A program made the position numbers and the translations under genes. DNA of 40,896 bases. It comes from Nitrospinota bacterium (lineage in GTDB: Bacteria; Nitrospinota_A; UBA7883). This document shows, in pieces, positions 8,929 to 19,216 of this stretch; position 1 is the stretch's first letter, and each line of letters opens with the position of its first letter. The DNA lies in contig JACQZB010000079.1 in the NCBI GenBank assembly GCA_016207925.1, positions 1 through 40,896 of the forward strand, written 5' to 3'. The notes beneath the pieces were generated by a model that worked only from the letters and a program-made list of their open reading frames with translations, did no database searches and was not told the DNA's origin.

Positions 8929-10101
8929 ATGAAGATACATGAGTATCAGGCCAAGGAGATTTTAAGCAAGTTCGGCGTCGCCGTCCCGCGCGGGCGTGTC
9001 GCCACGGACGCCCACAGTGTCGCCTCCATCGTGGAGGAGTTGGGGCTTCCCGTGGTGGTCAAGGCGCAGATCCACGCCGGGGGCCGCGGCAAGGGGGGCG
9101 GCGTCAAAGTCGCCAAAACGCTGGACGAGGCGCAGTCCGCCTACGCCGCCATTCTCGGCATGAATCTGGTCACCCATCAAACCGGCCCGGAGGGGCGCCT
9201 GGTGCGGACCGTGCTCGTCGAGGAAGGGCTGAACATCGCCAAGGAACTGTATGTGGGCATGGTGCTGGACCGCGAAAAGTCGCGGGTATGCGTCATGGTG
9301 TCGGAGGCGGGCGGCATGGAGATCGAGGAAGTCGCCGCCCACACGCCGGAGAAGATAAAGAAGGAATGGATAGACCCCGCGCTGGGCCTCATGCCCGCGC
9401 AGGCGCGCAAACTGGCCTATTTCCTCAACCTGCCGCCGGAGGCGGTGCGCGAGGCGGTGAAGTTCATCATCAACCTGTATAACGCCTTCGTCGCCAAGGA
9501 CTGTTCGCTGGCGGAGATCAACCCGCTGGCGCTCACCGCGGACAACCGCGTGCTGGCGCTTGACGGCAAAATGAACTTCGACGACAACGCCTTGTTCCGC
9601 CAGCCGGACGTGGTGGCCTGCCGCGACCTGAACGAGGAAGAGACGCTTGAGATCGAGGCCAGCAAGTACAGCCTCAACTACATCAAGCTCGACGGCAACA
9701 TCGGCTGCATGGTCAACGGCGCGGGGCTGGCCATGGCCACCATGGACATCATCAAGCTTTCTGGCGGCGAGCCGGCGAATTTTTTGGATGTCGGCGGCGG
9801 CGCCTCCGAGGAGCAGATCGAGAACGCCTTCCGCATCATCCTGGCGGACAACAACGTCAAGGGCATCTTCATCAATATCTTTGGCGGCATCCTGCGGTGC
9901 GACCGGCTGGCCAACGGCGTGGTGAACGCCGCGCGCAAGATCAACGTGGCCATCCCGGTGGTGATCCGCATGGAAGGCACCAACGTGGACGAGGGCAAGC
10001 GCATCCTGCGCGACAGCGGCTTTAACTTCATCGTGGCCAGCGCGATGCGCGACGGCGCCGAAAAGGCGGTGGCCGCCATCGCCGCGGGCGCGGCGCGGTA
10101 A
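8929..10101 (+). CDS. sucC: Succinyl-CoA synthetase beta subunit
   Basis: [50 protein letters not shown]. Confidence 0.97.
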   Translation: MKIHEYQAKEILSKFGVAVPRGRVATDAHSVASIVEELGLPVVVKAQIHAGGRGKGGGVKVAKTLDEAQSAYAAILGMNLVTHQTGPEGRLVRTVLVEEGLNIAKELYVGMVLDREKSRVCVMVSEAGGMEIEEVAAHTPEKIKKEWIDPALGLMPAQARKLAYFLNLPPEAVREAVKFIINLYNAFVAKDCSLAEINPLALTADNRVLALDGKMNFDDNALFRQPDVVACRDLNEEETLEIEASKYSLNYIKLDGNIGCMVNGAGLAMATMDIIKLSGGEPANFLDVGGGASEEQIENAFRIILADNNVKGIFINIFGGILRCDRLANGVVNAARKINVAIPVVIRMEGTNVDEGKRILRDSGFNFIVASAMRDGAEKAVAAIAAGAAR

Positions 10102-10111
10102 GGGGGCGGCC

Positions 10112-10984
10112 ATGAGCATACTCGTCGGCAAGCATACCCGGCTGATCGTCCAGGGCATCACCGGCAAGGAGGGCGGTTTTCACGCCCGCGGCTGCAAGGA
10201 TTACGGTACCAACCTCGTCGGCGGCGTCACCCCCGGCAAAGAGGGGCAGACCGCCGAGGGCGCCCCGGTGTTCAACACCGTGGAAAAGGCGGTCAAGGAG
10301 ACAGGCGCCAACGCCACCATGATTTTCGTGCCGCCCCCCGCCGCGGCGGATGCCATTTTCGAGGCGTCCGACGCGGGCATTGAGCTTATCGTCTGCATCA
10401 CCGAGGGCATCCCGGTGTTGGATATGGTCAAGATCAAGCGCTACCTGATGGGCCATGGGCGCGGGCGGCTGATCGGCCCCAACTGCCCTGGCGTGATCAC
10501 CCCCGGCCAGGCCAAAATCGGCATCATGCCCGGCCATATCCACATCCCCGGCCCCGTGGGCGTGGTCAGCCGCTCCGGTACGCTGACCTACGAAGTGGTG
10601 GGCCAGCTCACCGCCTTGGGCGTGGGGCAAAGCACCTGCGTGGGCATCGGCGGCGATCCGGTGAACGGCACGGATTTCATTGACACCCTCAAGCTGTTCA
10701 ACGAGGACGCGCAGACCCGGGCGATCTGCATGATCGGTGAAATCGGCGGCGCCGCCGAGGAAGACGCCGCCCGGTTCATCAAGAAGCACGTTAAAAAGCC
10801 GGTCATCGGCTTTATCGCGGGGCAGACGGCCCCGCCCGGGCGGCGCATGGGTCATGCCGGCGCCATCATCTCCGGCGGCAAGGGAACCGCGGGGGAAAAA
10901 ATGAAGATCATGGCCGAATGCGGCGTGATCGTGTGCAAATCCCCGGCGGACCTGGGCGAGACCATCAAAAAGGCGCTTAACTAG
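10112..10984 (+). CDS. sucD: Succinyl-CoA synthetase alpha subunit
   Basis: [18 protein letters not shown] and RMGHAGAII (phospho-His). Confidence 0.97.
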   Translation: MSILVGKHTRLIVQGITGKEGGFHARGCKDYGTNLVGGVTPGKEGQTAEGAPVFNTVEKAVKETGANATMIFVPPPAAADAIFEASDAGIELIVCITEGIPVLDMVKIKRYLMGHGRGRLIGPNCPGVITPGQAKIGIMPGHIHIPGPVGVVSRSGTLTYEVVGQLTALGVGQSTCVGIGGDPVNGTDFIDTLKLFNEDAQTRAICMIGEIGGAAEEDAARFIKKHVKKPVIGFIAGQTAPPGRRMGHAGAIISGGKGTAGEKMKIMAECGVIVCKSPADLGETIKKALN

Positions 10985-11055
10985 CTCCGGTTTGACGGAC
11001 CCGCCCCGCTCGCGCCGGGGAGGCAGGTAAACCCCAACTGACGATGGAGAATGAC

Positions 11056-12786
11056 GTGGCGCAAAGTAACGATCTGATCATCCGCATCGGCGGCGAAGGT
11101 GGCGAAGGCGTCATCTCCTCCGGCGACATGATCGCGCAGGCGGCGGCGCGGTCGGGGCTGGAGGTGCTCACGTTCAAGACATTCCCCGCGGAAATACGCG
11201 GCGGGTACGCCATGTACCAGACGCGCTTCTCGCACGAGCCGATCCTGTCCGAGGGCACGGGGTTCGACGTGGCCTGCTGCTTCAACCAGGAAGCCCTCGA
11301 CATGAACCGCAAGGCGCTGCGCCAGGGCAACGTGCTGATCTACGATTTTCCCGGCGGCGACATCGCCGGGGAGCAGAACATTCCGGGGATACACTGCTAC
11401 CCCGTCCCCATGACCAAGATTTCCAAGGAAGAGTTGGCCACGCCGCGCTCCAAGAACATGGTGGCGCTCGGCGCCATCGCGGAGTTGTTCTCCATCTCCA
11501 TGACCTCGCTTAAGGAGACGGTGCAGGAGAAGTTCGGCAAGAAAGGCGCCGAGGTGGTGGAGGTCAACTACAAGGCCCTCGACGCGGGCGCCCAGCACGT
11601 CCGCACGAATATCAAAAAGGCCGATCCGTACCAGATGGATCCCGGCACGCCCAAGCAGGACGTGATCATCATCTCCGGCAACGAAGCGGTGGGCCTGGGC
11701 GCGCTGCTGGCCGGGGTGCGCTTCTTCTCCGCCTACCCCATCACTCCCGCCACCGAGGTGGCCATTTTCCTGGCCCGCCACTTGCCCAAGTTCGGCGGCA
11801 ACCTGGTGCAGGCGGAGGATGAAATCGCCTCGCTGGCCAACGTCATCGGCGCCTCCTACGGCGGCGTTAAGGCGATGACCTCCACCTCCGGCCCCGGCCT
11901 GTCGCTGATGCAGGAGCTTATCGGCATGGCCTCGATGATGGAAGTGCCGGTGGTGATCTGCGACGTACAGCGCGGCGGCCCCTCCACCGGCCTGCCCACC
12001 AAGCACGAGCAGAGCGACCTGTTCCTGGCCGCCCACGGCTGCCACGGCGACGCTTCCAAGGTGGTCGTTTCCCCCGAAGGGGTGGAGGACTGCGTGTACC
12101 TGACCGTGGAGGCGTTCAACATCGCCGAGCGGTATCAATTGCCGGTGCTGATCCTCTCCGACGGATCGCTGGGATTCCGCACCAGCTCGATGCGCAAGCC
12201 TGACCCGAAAAAAATCCGCGTGGAAAACCGCGCCACCGTCAGCGGGAACGGCGAAGGGTTCGAGCGTTACGCGCTCACCGCCTCCGGCGTCTCCCCCATG
12301 GCCATCCCCGGCACGCCCGGCTGCGCCTACATCTCCACGGGGCTGGAGCACGCGCCCTCCTCGGCGCCCCGCTACTCCGCGGAGAACCACACCGCCATGC
12401 TCGACAAACGCTTCGGCAAGCTCAAGGACTTGGAGGACTACTTCCCGGCCACGGAAGTTGACCATCAGGAAGGCGCGCAGTTGGGCGTCATCGCCTGGGG
12501 TTCCACCATCGGCACATTGCGCGAGGCGGTGAAAATCGCCCGCGCCGAGGGCGCCAAGGTTTCGGCGCTGTACCCAAAGCTGGTTTGGCCGCTGCCGGTC
12601 AAGGCGCTTAATGCCTTTGGCGCGAAGTATAAAAAGGTGCTTGTGCCGGAGATCAACAAGCAGGGCCAACTGGCCAAACTTATCCAGGGCGAGACGGAGA
12701 TCAGGCCCATCAGCTACACTATCTATGGCGGCCTGCCCTTCTCCCCGCGGCAGATTGCCGACAAAATCAAGGAGGTGTTGAAATGA
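11056..12786 (+). CDS. korA: 2-oxoacid:ferredoxin oxidoreductase alpha subunit (gamma-alpha fusion), probably 2-oxoglutarate-specific
   Basis: IGGEGGEG, AEIRGG, YPITPAT, QAEDEI, QRGGPSTGLPT. GTG 11056 follows GGAG (alternative ATG 11044). Substrate inferred from adjacency to sucCD. Confidence 0.88.
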   Translation: MAQSNDLIIRIGGEGGEGVISSGDMIAQAAARSGLEVLTFKTFPAEIRGGYAMYQTRFSHEPILSEGTGFDVACCFNQEALDMNRKALRQGNVLIYDFPGGDIAGEQNIPGIHCYPVPMTKISKEELATPRSKNMVALGAIAELFSISMTSLKETVQEKFGKKGAEVVEVNYKALDAGAQHVRTNIKKADPYQMDPGTPKQDVIIISGNEAVGLGALLAGVRFFSAYPITPATEVAIFLARHLPKFGGNLVQAEDEIASLANVIGASYGGVKAMTSTSGPGLSLMQELIGMASMMEVPVVICDVQRGGPSTGLPTKHEQSDLFLAAHGCHGDASKVVVSPEGVEDCVYLTVEAFNIAERYQLPVLILSDGSLGFRTSSMRKPDPKKIRVENRATVSGNGEGFERYALTASGVSPMAIPGTPGCAYISTGLEHAPSSAPRYSAENHTAMLDKRFGKLKDLEDYFPATEVDHQEGAQLGVIAWGSTIGTLREAVKIARAEGAKVSALYPKLVWPLPVKALNAFGAKYKKVLVPEINKQGQLAKLIQGETEIRPISYTIYGGLPFSPRQIADKIKEVLK

Positions 12787-13652
12787 CCACCGCCACCGAA
12801 CCGCTTAAGGCGAAAGACTTCAAAAGCACCGTCCCGCCCACCTGGTGCCCGGGCTGCGGCGACTACGGCGTGCTCAATGCGACACTCAAGGCGTTCGCCG
12901 ACATCAAGCTGGACATCAACAACACCGTGCTGGTCTCCGGCATCGGATGCTCGTCGCGCTTCCCCTATTTCGTGAAAACCTACGGGATGCACACCGCCCA
13001 CGGGCGCGTGCTGCCCGTGGCCGCGGGCGTGAAACTGGCCCGGCCCGACCTGCGCGTGGTGGCCTTCGGCGGCGACGGCGACGGGTTCTCCATCGGCGGC
13101 GGCCATGTGCCCCATGTCGTCCGCAAGAATACCGACCTGACCTATATTCTGATGGACAACTCCATCTACGGGCTTACCAAGGGGCAAGCCTCCCCCACTA
13201 GCCAAACGGGCATGGTCACCGTCACCACCCCCTACGGCTTGCCGGATAACCCGGTAAATCCGCTGGCGTATTGCCTTACCTATGGGGCCACCTTCGTGGC
13301 GCAGGCCTATTCCTCCAAGCCCAAGATCGTGGAAGACCTGGTCAAACAGGCGCTCAACCACAAGGGCTTTGCGTTTGTGAACATCATCAGCCCGTGCCCG
13401 ACGTTTAACAAGATCAATACCTTTGACTTCTACAAGGATATGATCGAGGAAATCCCCGCGGATCACGACCCCACCAACCTGCAAGCCGCGCTGGCCATCG
13501 CCCTGCGCGCCAAACAGGGCAAAGTTCCCGTGGGCTTGCTGTACAAAGTGGAGCAGCCCACGCTACTTGATCGCTTGGGTGAAATCCGCAAGAAGGCAAA
13601 AGCTTCGCCGGATTACGACATCAACGTAATTATTGACGATTACCGCCCGTAG
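12783..13652 (+). CDS. korB: 2-oxoacid:ferredoxin oxidoreductase beta subunit
   Basis: WCPGCGD, SGIGCS, TPP-binding GGDGD..N, YGLTKGQASPT, SPCPT. Confidence 0.9.
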   Translation: MTTATEPLKAKDFKSTVPPTWCPGCGDYGVLNATLKAFADIKLDINNTVLVSGIGCSSRFPYFVKTYGMHTAHGRVLPVAAGVKLARPDLRVVAFGGDGDGFSIGGGHVPHVVRKNTDLTYILMDNSIYGLTKGQASPTSQTGMVTVTTPYGLPDNPVNPLAYCLTYGATFVAQAYSSKPKIVEDLVKQALNHKGFAFVNIISPCPTFNKINTFDFYKDMIEEIPADHDPTNLQAALAIALRAKQGKVPVGLLYKVEQPTLLDRLGEIRKKAKASPDYDINVIIDDYRP

Positions 13653-13662
13653 AGCGTAAAAT
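13633..13662 (+). promoter_or_regulatory. Possible sigma-70 promoter for ndk
   Basis: TTGACG-N18-TAAAAT. Confidence 0.4.
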
Positions 13663-13725
13663 TACACACCTTGCGGCGCGTGGATGCGACAGCCCACGCG
13701 CCGCTTTTATTGAAAAGGAGACATC

Positions 13726-14139
13726 ATGTCGCGTACATTCGCCATCATCAAGCCGGACGCCGTGGAGCGCAAGCTGACCGGCATCATCATAGACCGCATG
13801 GAGCGCGAGGGGTTGCAAGTCGTGGCGCTCAAGCGCCTTCACATGACCAAAAAGCAGGCCGAAGGGTTTTACGCCGAGCATAAGGCGCGTCCGTTTTTCG
13901 CCTCGTTGACCGGGTACATGGCCAGCGGCCCGTGCTACGTGGCCGCGCTGGAAGGGGAAAACGCCCAGCCGCGCTGGCGCGACATCATGGGCGCCACCAA
14001 TCCCGAACAGGCCGCGCCGGGCACCATACGCAAGGAGTTGGCGGTGGATTTGGAAAAGAACTCCGTCCACGGCTCCGACTCGGAGACCAGCGCCGCGCGC
14101 GAAATCGCCTACTTCTTCAGCGAATTGGAGATTGTATAA
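13726..14139 (+). CDS. ndk: Nucleoside diphosphate kinase
   Basis: [29 protein letters not shown]; RBS AAGGAG. Confidence 0.97.
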   Translation: MSRTFAIIKPDAVERKLTGIIIDRMEREGLQVVALKRLHMTKKQAEGFYAEHKARPFFASLTGYMASGPCYVAALEGENAQPRWRDIMGATNPEQAAPGTIRKELAVDLEKNSVHGSDSETSAAREIAYFFSELEIV

Positions 14140-15257
14140 GCGGTTGGGTACGGGGTCAGGTTTCCAAGCCTGACCAGCCCGCGTGAGCCGGTGATGGAGG
14201 ACAAGTCCAGCGCGTCGCCGCGGTGGGCGTGGAACGCAAGCAAGGCCATCAACGCGGATTCGATGACCTTGGCCGGCCAGCCAAGCGCGCCAGACGCCAC
14301 AAGCTCTACCCGCGGGCCGAGCAGGGCCGCAAGCCGTTCCATCAAATAACCATTTTTCGCTCCGCCGCCGCAGACCACCACGCGATCCGTGGATTCGCCG
14401 CGCCGCGCAAGTTTTATGATTTCACCCGCGATGGAGCGGGCGGTAAGTTCCGTGAGCGCCGCCAAGGTATCCGCGTTCCAGCGCCGGGGATTATCCATCC
14501 CCGCCCATTTGAAGAACACTTCGCCAAACATTTCGCGCCCCGTGGATTTTGGCGCCGCGCGGCGGAAGTAAGGATGCGCCAAACAACGGCGCAGCAGCCG
14601 CTCGTCCACTTGGCCCCGGCGCGCCAGGGCGCCGCCCTTGTCATACGCCTTTCCCGCGATGCGTTGTGTGGCAATGTCCATGAGCATGTTGCCCGGCCCC
14701 GTGTCGTATGCGGTGAGTTGGGACAAATACGTCGCGCCCGCGGGGATGTGGGTCAGGTTGGCGATGCCGCCGATGTTGACCACGGTGATGTCTATCTTGC
14801 GCGAGCCGAACATGGGTAGATGGACGATGGGGGCCAGCGGCGCGCCTTGCCCGCCCGCGGCCATGTCCGCGGAGCGAAAGCCGCTCCACACGGGAACGCC
14901 CGTCATCGCGGCGATCACGGCGCCGCTCCCCAGTTGCAACGTGGCGCCGCGCGCGGGGTCGTGCCATACCGTTTGCCCGTGGGAGCCGATGGCGGCGGTG
15001 CGAAGGCCCTTCATCGCCTTTAGCGCCGCGCGTCCAAAGGCGCGCCCGATGTCCACGTCGAGCGCGCACGACTCCGCCGTCCCCGCGCGGCCCTCCGCCG
15101 CCGCAAGGACCCGCGCGCGCAGGGCAGGGGAGTAGCGAAGGGACGCGAAGCGGATCAATTTCAATTCCGGCCCCAAGCGCCCCTGCCCGATGTCCACCAC
15201 CGCGGCGTCCACCGCGTCGGCGGAGGTGCCCGACATCAGCCCCAGGTATAAGGCCAC
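14109..15257 (-). CDS. anmK: Anhydro-N-acetylmuramic acid kinase
   Basis: [53 protein letters not shown]. Confidence 0.94.
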   Translation of the reverse strand: MALYLGLMSGTSADAVDAAVVDIGQGRLGPELKLIRFASLRYSPALRARVLAAAEGRAGTAESCALDVDIGRAFGRAALKAMKGLRTAAIGSHGQTVWHDPARGATLQLGSGAVIAAMTGVPVWSGFRSADMAAGGQGAPLAPIVHLPMFGSRKIDITVVNIGGIANLTHIPAGATYLSQLTAYDTGPGNMLMDIATQRIAGKAYDKGGALARRGQVDERLLRRCLAHPYFRRAAPKSTGREMFGEVFFKWAGMDNPRRWNADTLAALTELTARSIAGEIIKLARRGESTDRVVVCGGGAKNGYLMERLAALLGPRVELVASGALGWPAKVIESALMALLAFHAHRGDALDLSSITGSRGLVRLGNLTPYPTAYTISNSLKK

Positions 15258-15260
15258 CGG

Positions 15261-16445
15261 TCAGCCCCGTTGCCGCTTGAAATCGTTTTTCACGCGCTCC
15301 ATCAAGGCGCGGTCAGTCAACAAGTCATAGGCGGTCAGCGCCACGGCTTTGGTGATCAGCAGCATACGTCCGATCCCCTCGCGGGAGACGACGGCCTTCA
15401 AAAAATTCGTCGAATGATTGATGTCCTCGCGCCCGCCCACGGCGTATTCGGGATGCAGGCAGGGGACTGCCTGGCTTACGTTGCCGATGTCGGAGGAACC
15501 AATTTCCTCTGTCTCGTTGAACCCCTCTTCAGCAAGCCCCAGCGCTTCCATATTGCGCCGGAACGCTTCGCCCATGGGGTAATTGGGATAGAAGGGATCG
15601 TAACTGTGGCCGCGCCGCTTTACCGCAACCGTACAGCCCGCCGAGCGCGCCGCGCCGCGCGCCGCCCGGATCACTTTTTCCGTCAAGTCCGCGAAGTATT
15701 CGCGGGTAAGCGCGCGGACGTAGAACTCCATCACCACCTTATCGGGGATGATGTTGGGCGCGTCGCCGCCGTGGCGAAAGATGCCGTGGACGCGCGCCTG
15801 GTCCTTCATCTGTTGGCGCAGGGCGGAGACGGCGTTGTAGAACGTCACACCCGCGTCCAGCGCGTTCACCCCCTGGTCGGGGAAGGCCGCCGCGTGGCTG
15901 GCCCTGCCGCTGAAGGTGAAAGTGAGCGACGTGACGGCGTACATGCGGTTGATGACCCGCGTTTTATTGCTGGGGTGGGCCATCAAGGCCGCGTCCACTC
16001 CCCGGAACACGCCGTTTTTGATCATCCTGATTTTACCGCCGCCGCCTTCCTCGGCGGGGGTTCCGATAACCATGATTTCGCCCGGCATATCCACGCCGGA
16101 CGCGGCCAGGGCCGCCGCCGCGCCATAGGCGGAGGCGGCGATAAGGTTATGCCCGCAGGCGTGGCCCATGGGCAAGGCGTCGTATTCGGCGATCAGCGCC
16201 ACGCGCGGACCCTTGCCCGCGCCGCGTTTGCGTGCGATGAACGCCGTGGCCAGCCCGCCCGCCGGCGAGGTGATCCGGTAGCCGCTGGCGGCCAGTTTTT
16301 CAACCAGCAGCGCCTTGGCGAAGGTCTCGCGGTAGCCAAGCTCCGGCTTGGCGAAAATCTCCTTGCCCACTTCGGCGACGCCGTCCGCCATGCGGTCCAC
16401 GGCGCGGATGATGACGCGTTTGGCTTCACGTTGGCTTTGGGCCAT
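15261..16445 (-). CDS. M20 family amidohydrolase (ACY1L2/AbgB-like)
   Basis: PELGYRE, AEYDALP, GHACGHN, GTPAEEGGGGK, GSSDIGNVS. ATG 16445 lies just after the upstream gene's stop. Confidence 0.9.
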   Translation of the reverse strand: MAQSQREAKRVIIRAVDRMADGVAEVGKEIFAKPELGYRETFAKALLVEKLAASGYRITSPAGGLATAFIARKRGAGKGPRVALIAEYDALPMGHACGHNLIAASAYGAAAALAASGVDMPGEIMVIGTPAEEGGGGKIRMIKNGVFRGVDAALMAHPSNKTRVINRMYAVTSLTFTFSGRASHAAAFPDQGVNALDAGVTFYNAVSALRQQMKDQARVHGIFRHGGDAPNIIPDKVVMEFYVRALTREYFADLTEKVIRAARGAARSAGCTVAVKRRGHSYDPFYPNYPMGEAFRRNMEALGLAEEGFNETEEIGSSDIGNVSQAVPCLHPEYAVGGREDINHSTNFLKAVVSREGIGRMLLITKAVALTAYDLLTDRALMERVKNDFKRQRG

Positions 16446-16447
16446 GA

Positions 16448-17767
16448 TCACATGTTCCTTAATATGCGCAGGTAGTTTAGGTCCTTGGGTATGTCCTGAT
16501 CCTCGCAATAGTTGTGGTCGGCGAGGATCTTCAGGTCGTCCAGCGTGCGCCGGTCGCCCTCGATTTTCACCGTGCGCGCGCCCTGGTCGGCCAAGGCGCC
16601 GCCCGCCTCCAGAAGCTCCAGCACGGAGCGGCAGTTGTACTTCTTGCCGTCTATCAGCAAAAAGGCGTCGGTGCCGTGCTCCTGCACGATCAGGCTTATA
16701 TAGGTGGCGGGGCGGGCGTGGAACCCCTGCGGCTGGGGCAGCGGCAGCTCGTAGATGATCGGCTCGACGTACATTGTCAGGATGCGTTCGGCCACCTCGT
16801 TGCCCTCCGCGAGGAACCGGCCGATGAAGCCCAAGCCAAAGTCGGTGATGCTGGCGATCAGGTTGATGTCGTCCACCAGATCGGAGACGCGCGATTTGAC
16901 GTCGCTTTTGCGGATCTGGTTTTCGTGACGCTCGTAAAAATGCACCAGCCAGCGCAGCATGTCAAACAGGTGCATGGGAATGGCCGTCAGCCCCCGCAGG
17001 GTGATCATCCAGCCGTTGTTTTTTTCCGTGGTCCCGCCGCGCACATGGGTGTCGTATTCGCTTTGGATGTTGTGCAACTGGCTTTCCAATTCGGCCAGTA
17101 GCGTTTCGTTGAGTTTGCTGGGGATGATTTCGCTTAGCGAGACGGCCTTGAGCTTGCGGTGGAACCGGTGGGTCTTGAAGGACTTGACCACGCGCCGGTA
17201 CGCCTGGGCGATGGCGACGATCCGCTCGGATTCATCCTCAGCTTCCTCCCCCGCGATGGTGTAGGGGAGCCTGGGAGTCACCTTTACCCCCCACTTTTCC
17301 ATGTCCGGCGCGGAGGGCTGGACGCGTATCGCAAGGCGGTCCGTCTCGGCCAAAAGCGCCGTATAGAAGCGAGTGATCGCTTCGGCGAAATAGGTCAAGG
17401 TGGCGGTGGCGCCTTTCTCGAAGTCACGCCGCTTGGTGTCCCGCTCGCCGCCCAGATAGTCGGAATAGCGGTCCAGGACATGGTACAACTGGAAGCCCGC
17501 CAACGAAAAATTCCGCACGCACGCCACCAGTTCGGCGAAAAACAAAAGCCGCAGGTTGGTCCGCGCGCCGTGGTCGTCCAGAAAGCTTTCCAGTTTCTCG
17601 GCCGCCTGCAGCAAGGTGAAGTAGTAGGCCCTGCCCAACAGAACGCCTTGCCCCCCCCGCAGCGCCGAAAGGACGCTGAAGAACTCCTGGCATTCGCGGT
17701 GGACGAGTGGCAGGAAATCATCCTCGTTGATGATGGGGGTAAGCGAACTGCTGCCGTTGGAGGTCAT
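16448..17767 (-). CDS. Large protein with C-terminal HPr (phosphocarrier) domain and unknown helical N-terminal region
   Basis: GFHARPA (His15 motif) and NCRSVLEL (Ser46-equivalent) in the last ~100 aa of 439. Confidence 0.75.
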   Translation of the reverse strand: MTSNGSSSLTPIINEDDFLPLVHRECQEFFSVLSALRGGQGVLLGRAYYFTLLQAAEKLESFLDDHGARTNLRLLFFAELVACVRNFSLAGFQLYHVLDRYSDYLGGERDTKRRDFEKGATATLTYFAEAITRFYTALLAETDRLAIRVQPSAPDMEKWGVKVTPRLPYTIAGEEAEDESERIVAIAQAYRRVVKSFKTHRFHRKLKAVSLSEIIPSKLNETLLAELESQLHNIQSEYDTHVRGGTTEKNNGWMITLRGLTAIPMHLFDMLRWLVHFYERHENQIRKSDVKSRVSDLVDDINLIASITDFGLGFIGRFLAEGNEVAERILTMYVEPIIYELPLPQPQGFHARPATYISLIVQEHGTDAFLLIDGKKYNCRSVLELLEAGGALADQGARTVKIEGDRRTLDDLKILADHNYCEDQDIPKDLNYLRILRNM

Positions 17768-17806
17768 AGGTGGTGTAGGGGGTGAAAAAACCTGCCCGGC
17801 GGGCGC

Positions 17807-17914
17807 TTATGCGCGGCCAGAGCGGGCTTGGGCATTGCGCCGCGCCGTGCGCCGTTTAAGCGCCACAGCGCGCTGATGCTGTTTACGCTCGTGTTTGCTT
17901 TTGGAACGCGCCAT
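17807..17914 (-). CDS. Unannotated 35-aa highly basic small protein
   Basis: MARSKSKHERKQHQRAVALKRRTARRNAQARSGRA*; AAGGG 7 nt upstream; co-oriented with both neighbours. Confidence 0.5.
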   Translation of the reverse strand: MARSKSKHERKQHQRAVALKRRTARRNAQARSGRA

Positions 17915-17955
17915 AAAAAAACCCTTGGTTACCAATGGTGTATGGTAACCAAGGG
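17915..17955 (-). terminator. Intrinsic terminator-like hairpin
   Basis: Perfect 13-bp stem CCCTTGGTTACCA/TGGTAACCAAGGG followed by T7 on the minus strand, 27 nt after the stop at 17983. Confidence 0.7.
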
Positions 17956-17982
17956 GTCAAAGGCAAGTCAATACGCCAAAGC

Positions 17983-18390
17983 CTACCAACTAAGGCCGAT
18001 CTTGCGCAGCCACTCCTTTTCGTCGAAGCGCTCGATAACCCATTCCTCGAACGCCGCCTCGGTGGCCGTGATCTCGCGTCCGTCGTAAATCGCCCGGCGG
18101 CCGGGAGCGGCCCCTTGGGAGCGGACCATTCCGTGTTCGGGCTGCGGCAGCGCGCGCGGCGTCTCTATCCGCGTATCCTGTCTCGCGAACATGGTGGCGG
18201 AAAGCTCCAGCAGGTCGTTGACCCGCAAGGCAAGCCCCAACAGCGTGGACGAGTCAATAATCCCGCGTTCTTTCAACTCGGCCAGATGGTTCATCACCGC
18301 CTCGTTGCGCGCCAAAGCGTCCACAATCATCTGCGACAGTTCCCGCAATTCCTTGTCCCTGTCTCTCTGGTCCATGGTCCACCTCTCCAT
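17983..18390 (-). CDS. Hypothetical protein
   Basis: Protein-like helical ORF ending in YDGREIT..E.AFEEW..ERFDEKEWLRKIGL; followed by a terminator. Alternative start 18375. Confidence 0.7.
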   Translation of the reverse strand: MERWTMDQRDRDKELRELSQMIVDALARNEAVMNHLAELKERGIIDSSTLLGLALRVNDLLELSATMFARQDTRIETPRALPQPEHGMVRSQGAAPGRRAIYDGREITATEAAFEEWVIERFDEKEWLRKIGLSW

Positions 18391-18667
18391 GTGAAGCCAT
18401 TTTATCTAAGTTATCGGTTCGTTGCACGAAACCAATAACTGCTGAATTTAGAAAGCAAGGCTCATGCCATGCCCGCCATTCTGGGTATCCTCCATAATGC
18501 CATGTGTTTCAGTTGGTTTTTACCCATACGGTGTGGCGCCGGAATGGAAAGAATTGTTCTGCATGGAAATTTCGTTCAAAATAAGCGCTCGCCACCGAAA
18601 AAATGTCACTTTTTTAATCATGACCCCGCCCGTGGCCCGCGGGACGGCTACCGCATGTCAATGAGAA

Positions 18668-18696
18668 TTGACGGACACCCCGCGCGGGAATACTAT
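18668..18696 (+). promoter_or_regulatory. Sigma-70 promoter
   Basis: TTGACG-N17-TACTAT; overlaps ATG 18695, which favours the downstream GTG 18725 as start. Confidence 0.55.
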
Positions 18697-18724
18697 GTCG
18701 GAATCGAAAGGGGGACGGGGTAAA

Positions 18725-19171
18725 GTGGTCAAAATCGTTGCGGGCGTTGTAACGGCGTTGATTCTCGCCGCGGGAGGTTTGGCCGTTTATCTGCTGCGGT
18801 GGACACCCGGACCGGACGCGGCCGTTGTGGAACGGCCCGCCGCGCCAGATACCGGCGATGAAACTCAAGCGGAAGGGAAGGTCGTGCAGGCTAAGCCAGG
18901 CGAGAAGGCCGCCCCCGCCCCGGAGGCGCCCCCCACGGACGAAAAAACCGGCGTCCAGCCCAAGGTGGGGGACACGGTCAAGGCCGAAAAGCCCTACCAC
19001 GAGCTTGATTACGCCGATCCCAAGCAACGGCAGTCGGCACGCGGGCGCGTGGAGAAGGACGAGCAGGCGCGCAAGCAGGAAACCATCGAATTTCTCGGCC
19101 TGCACGACAGAAAGCGCAAGGCCGCCGATGAGCGCCAGCGCGCCATTGACAAATGGCTGGAGAAGCAATGA
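18725..19171 (+). CDS. Hypothetical membrane-anchored protein
   Basis: N-terminal hydrophobic helix, Pro/Ala/Lys-rich linker, charged helical C-terminus. Confidence 0.65.
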   Translation: MVKIVAGVVTALILAAGGLAVYLLRWTPGPDAAVVERPAAPDTGDETQAEGKVVQAKPGEKAAPAPEAPPTDEKTGVQPKVGDTVKAEKPYHELDYADPKQRQSARGRVEKDEQARKQETIEFLGLHDRKRKAADERQRAIDKWLEKQ

Positions 19172-19179
19172 AGGCCGTT

Positions 19180-19188
19180 TGGTATAAT
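19180..19188 (+). promoter_or_regulatory. Extended -10 promoter for dnaB
   Basis: TGGTATAAT, 28 nt before the dnaB ATG. Confidence 0.55.
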
Positions 19189-19216
19189 CAAACTCCCTTG
19201 AACGGTTGATGAACTG

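Noticed and set aside
14109-14139. 31-bp convergent overlap of ndk and anmK
   Set aside because: Short 3' overlaps of convergent genes are common; no sign of special function.
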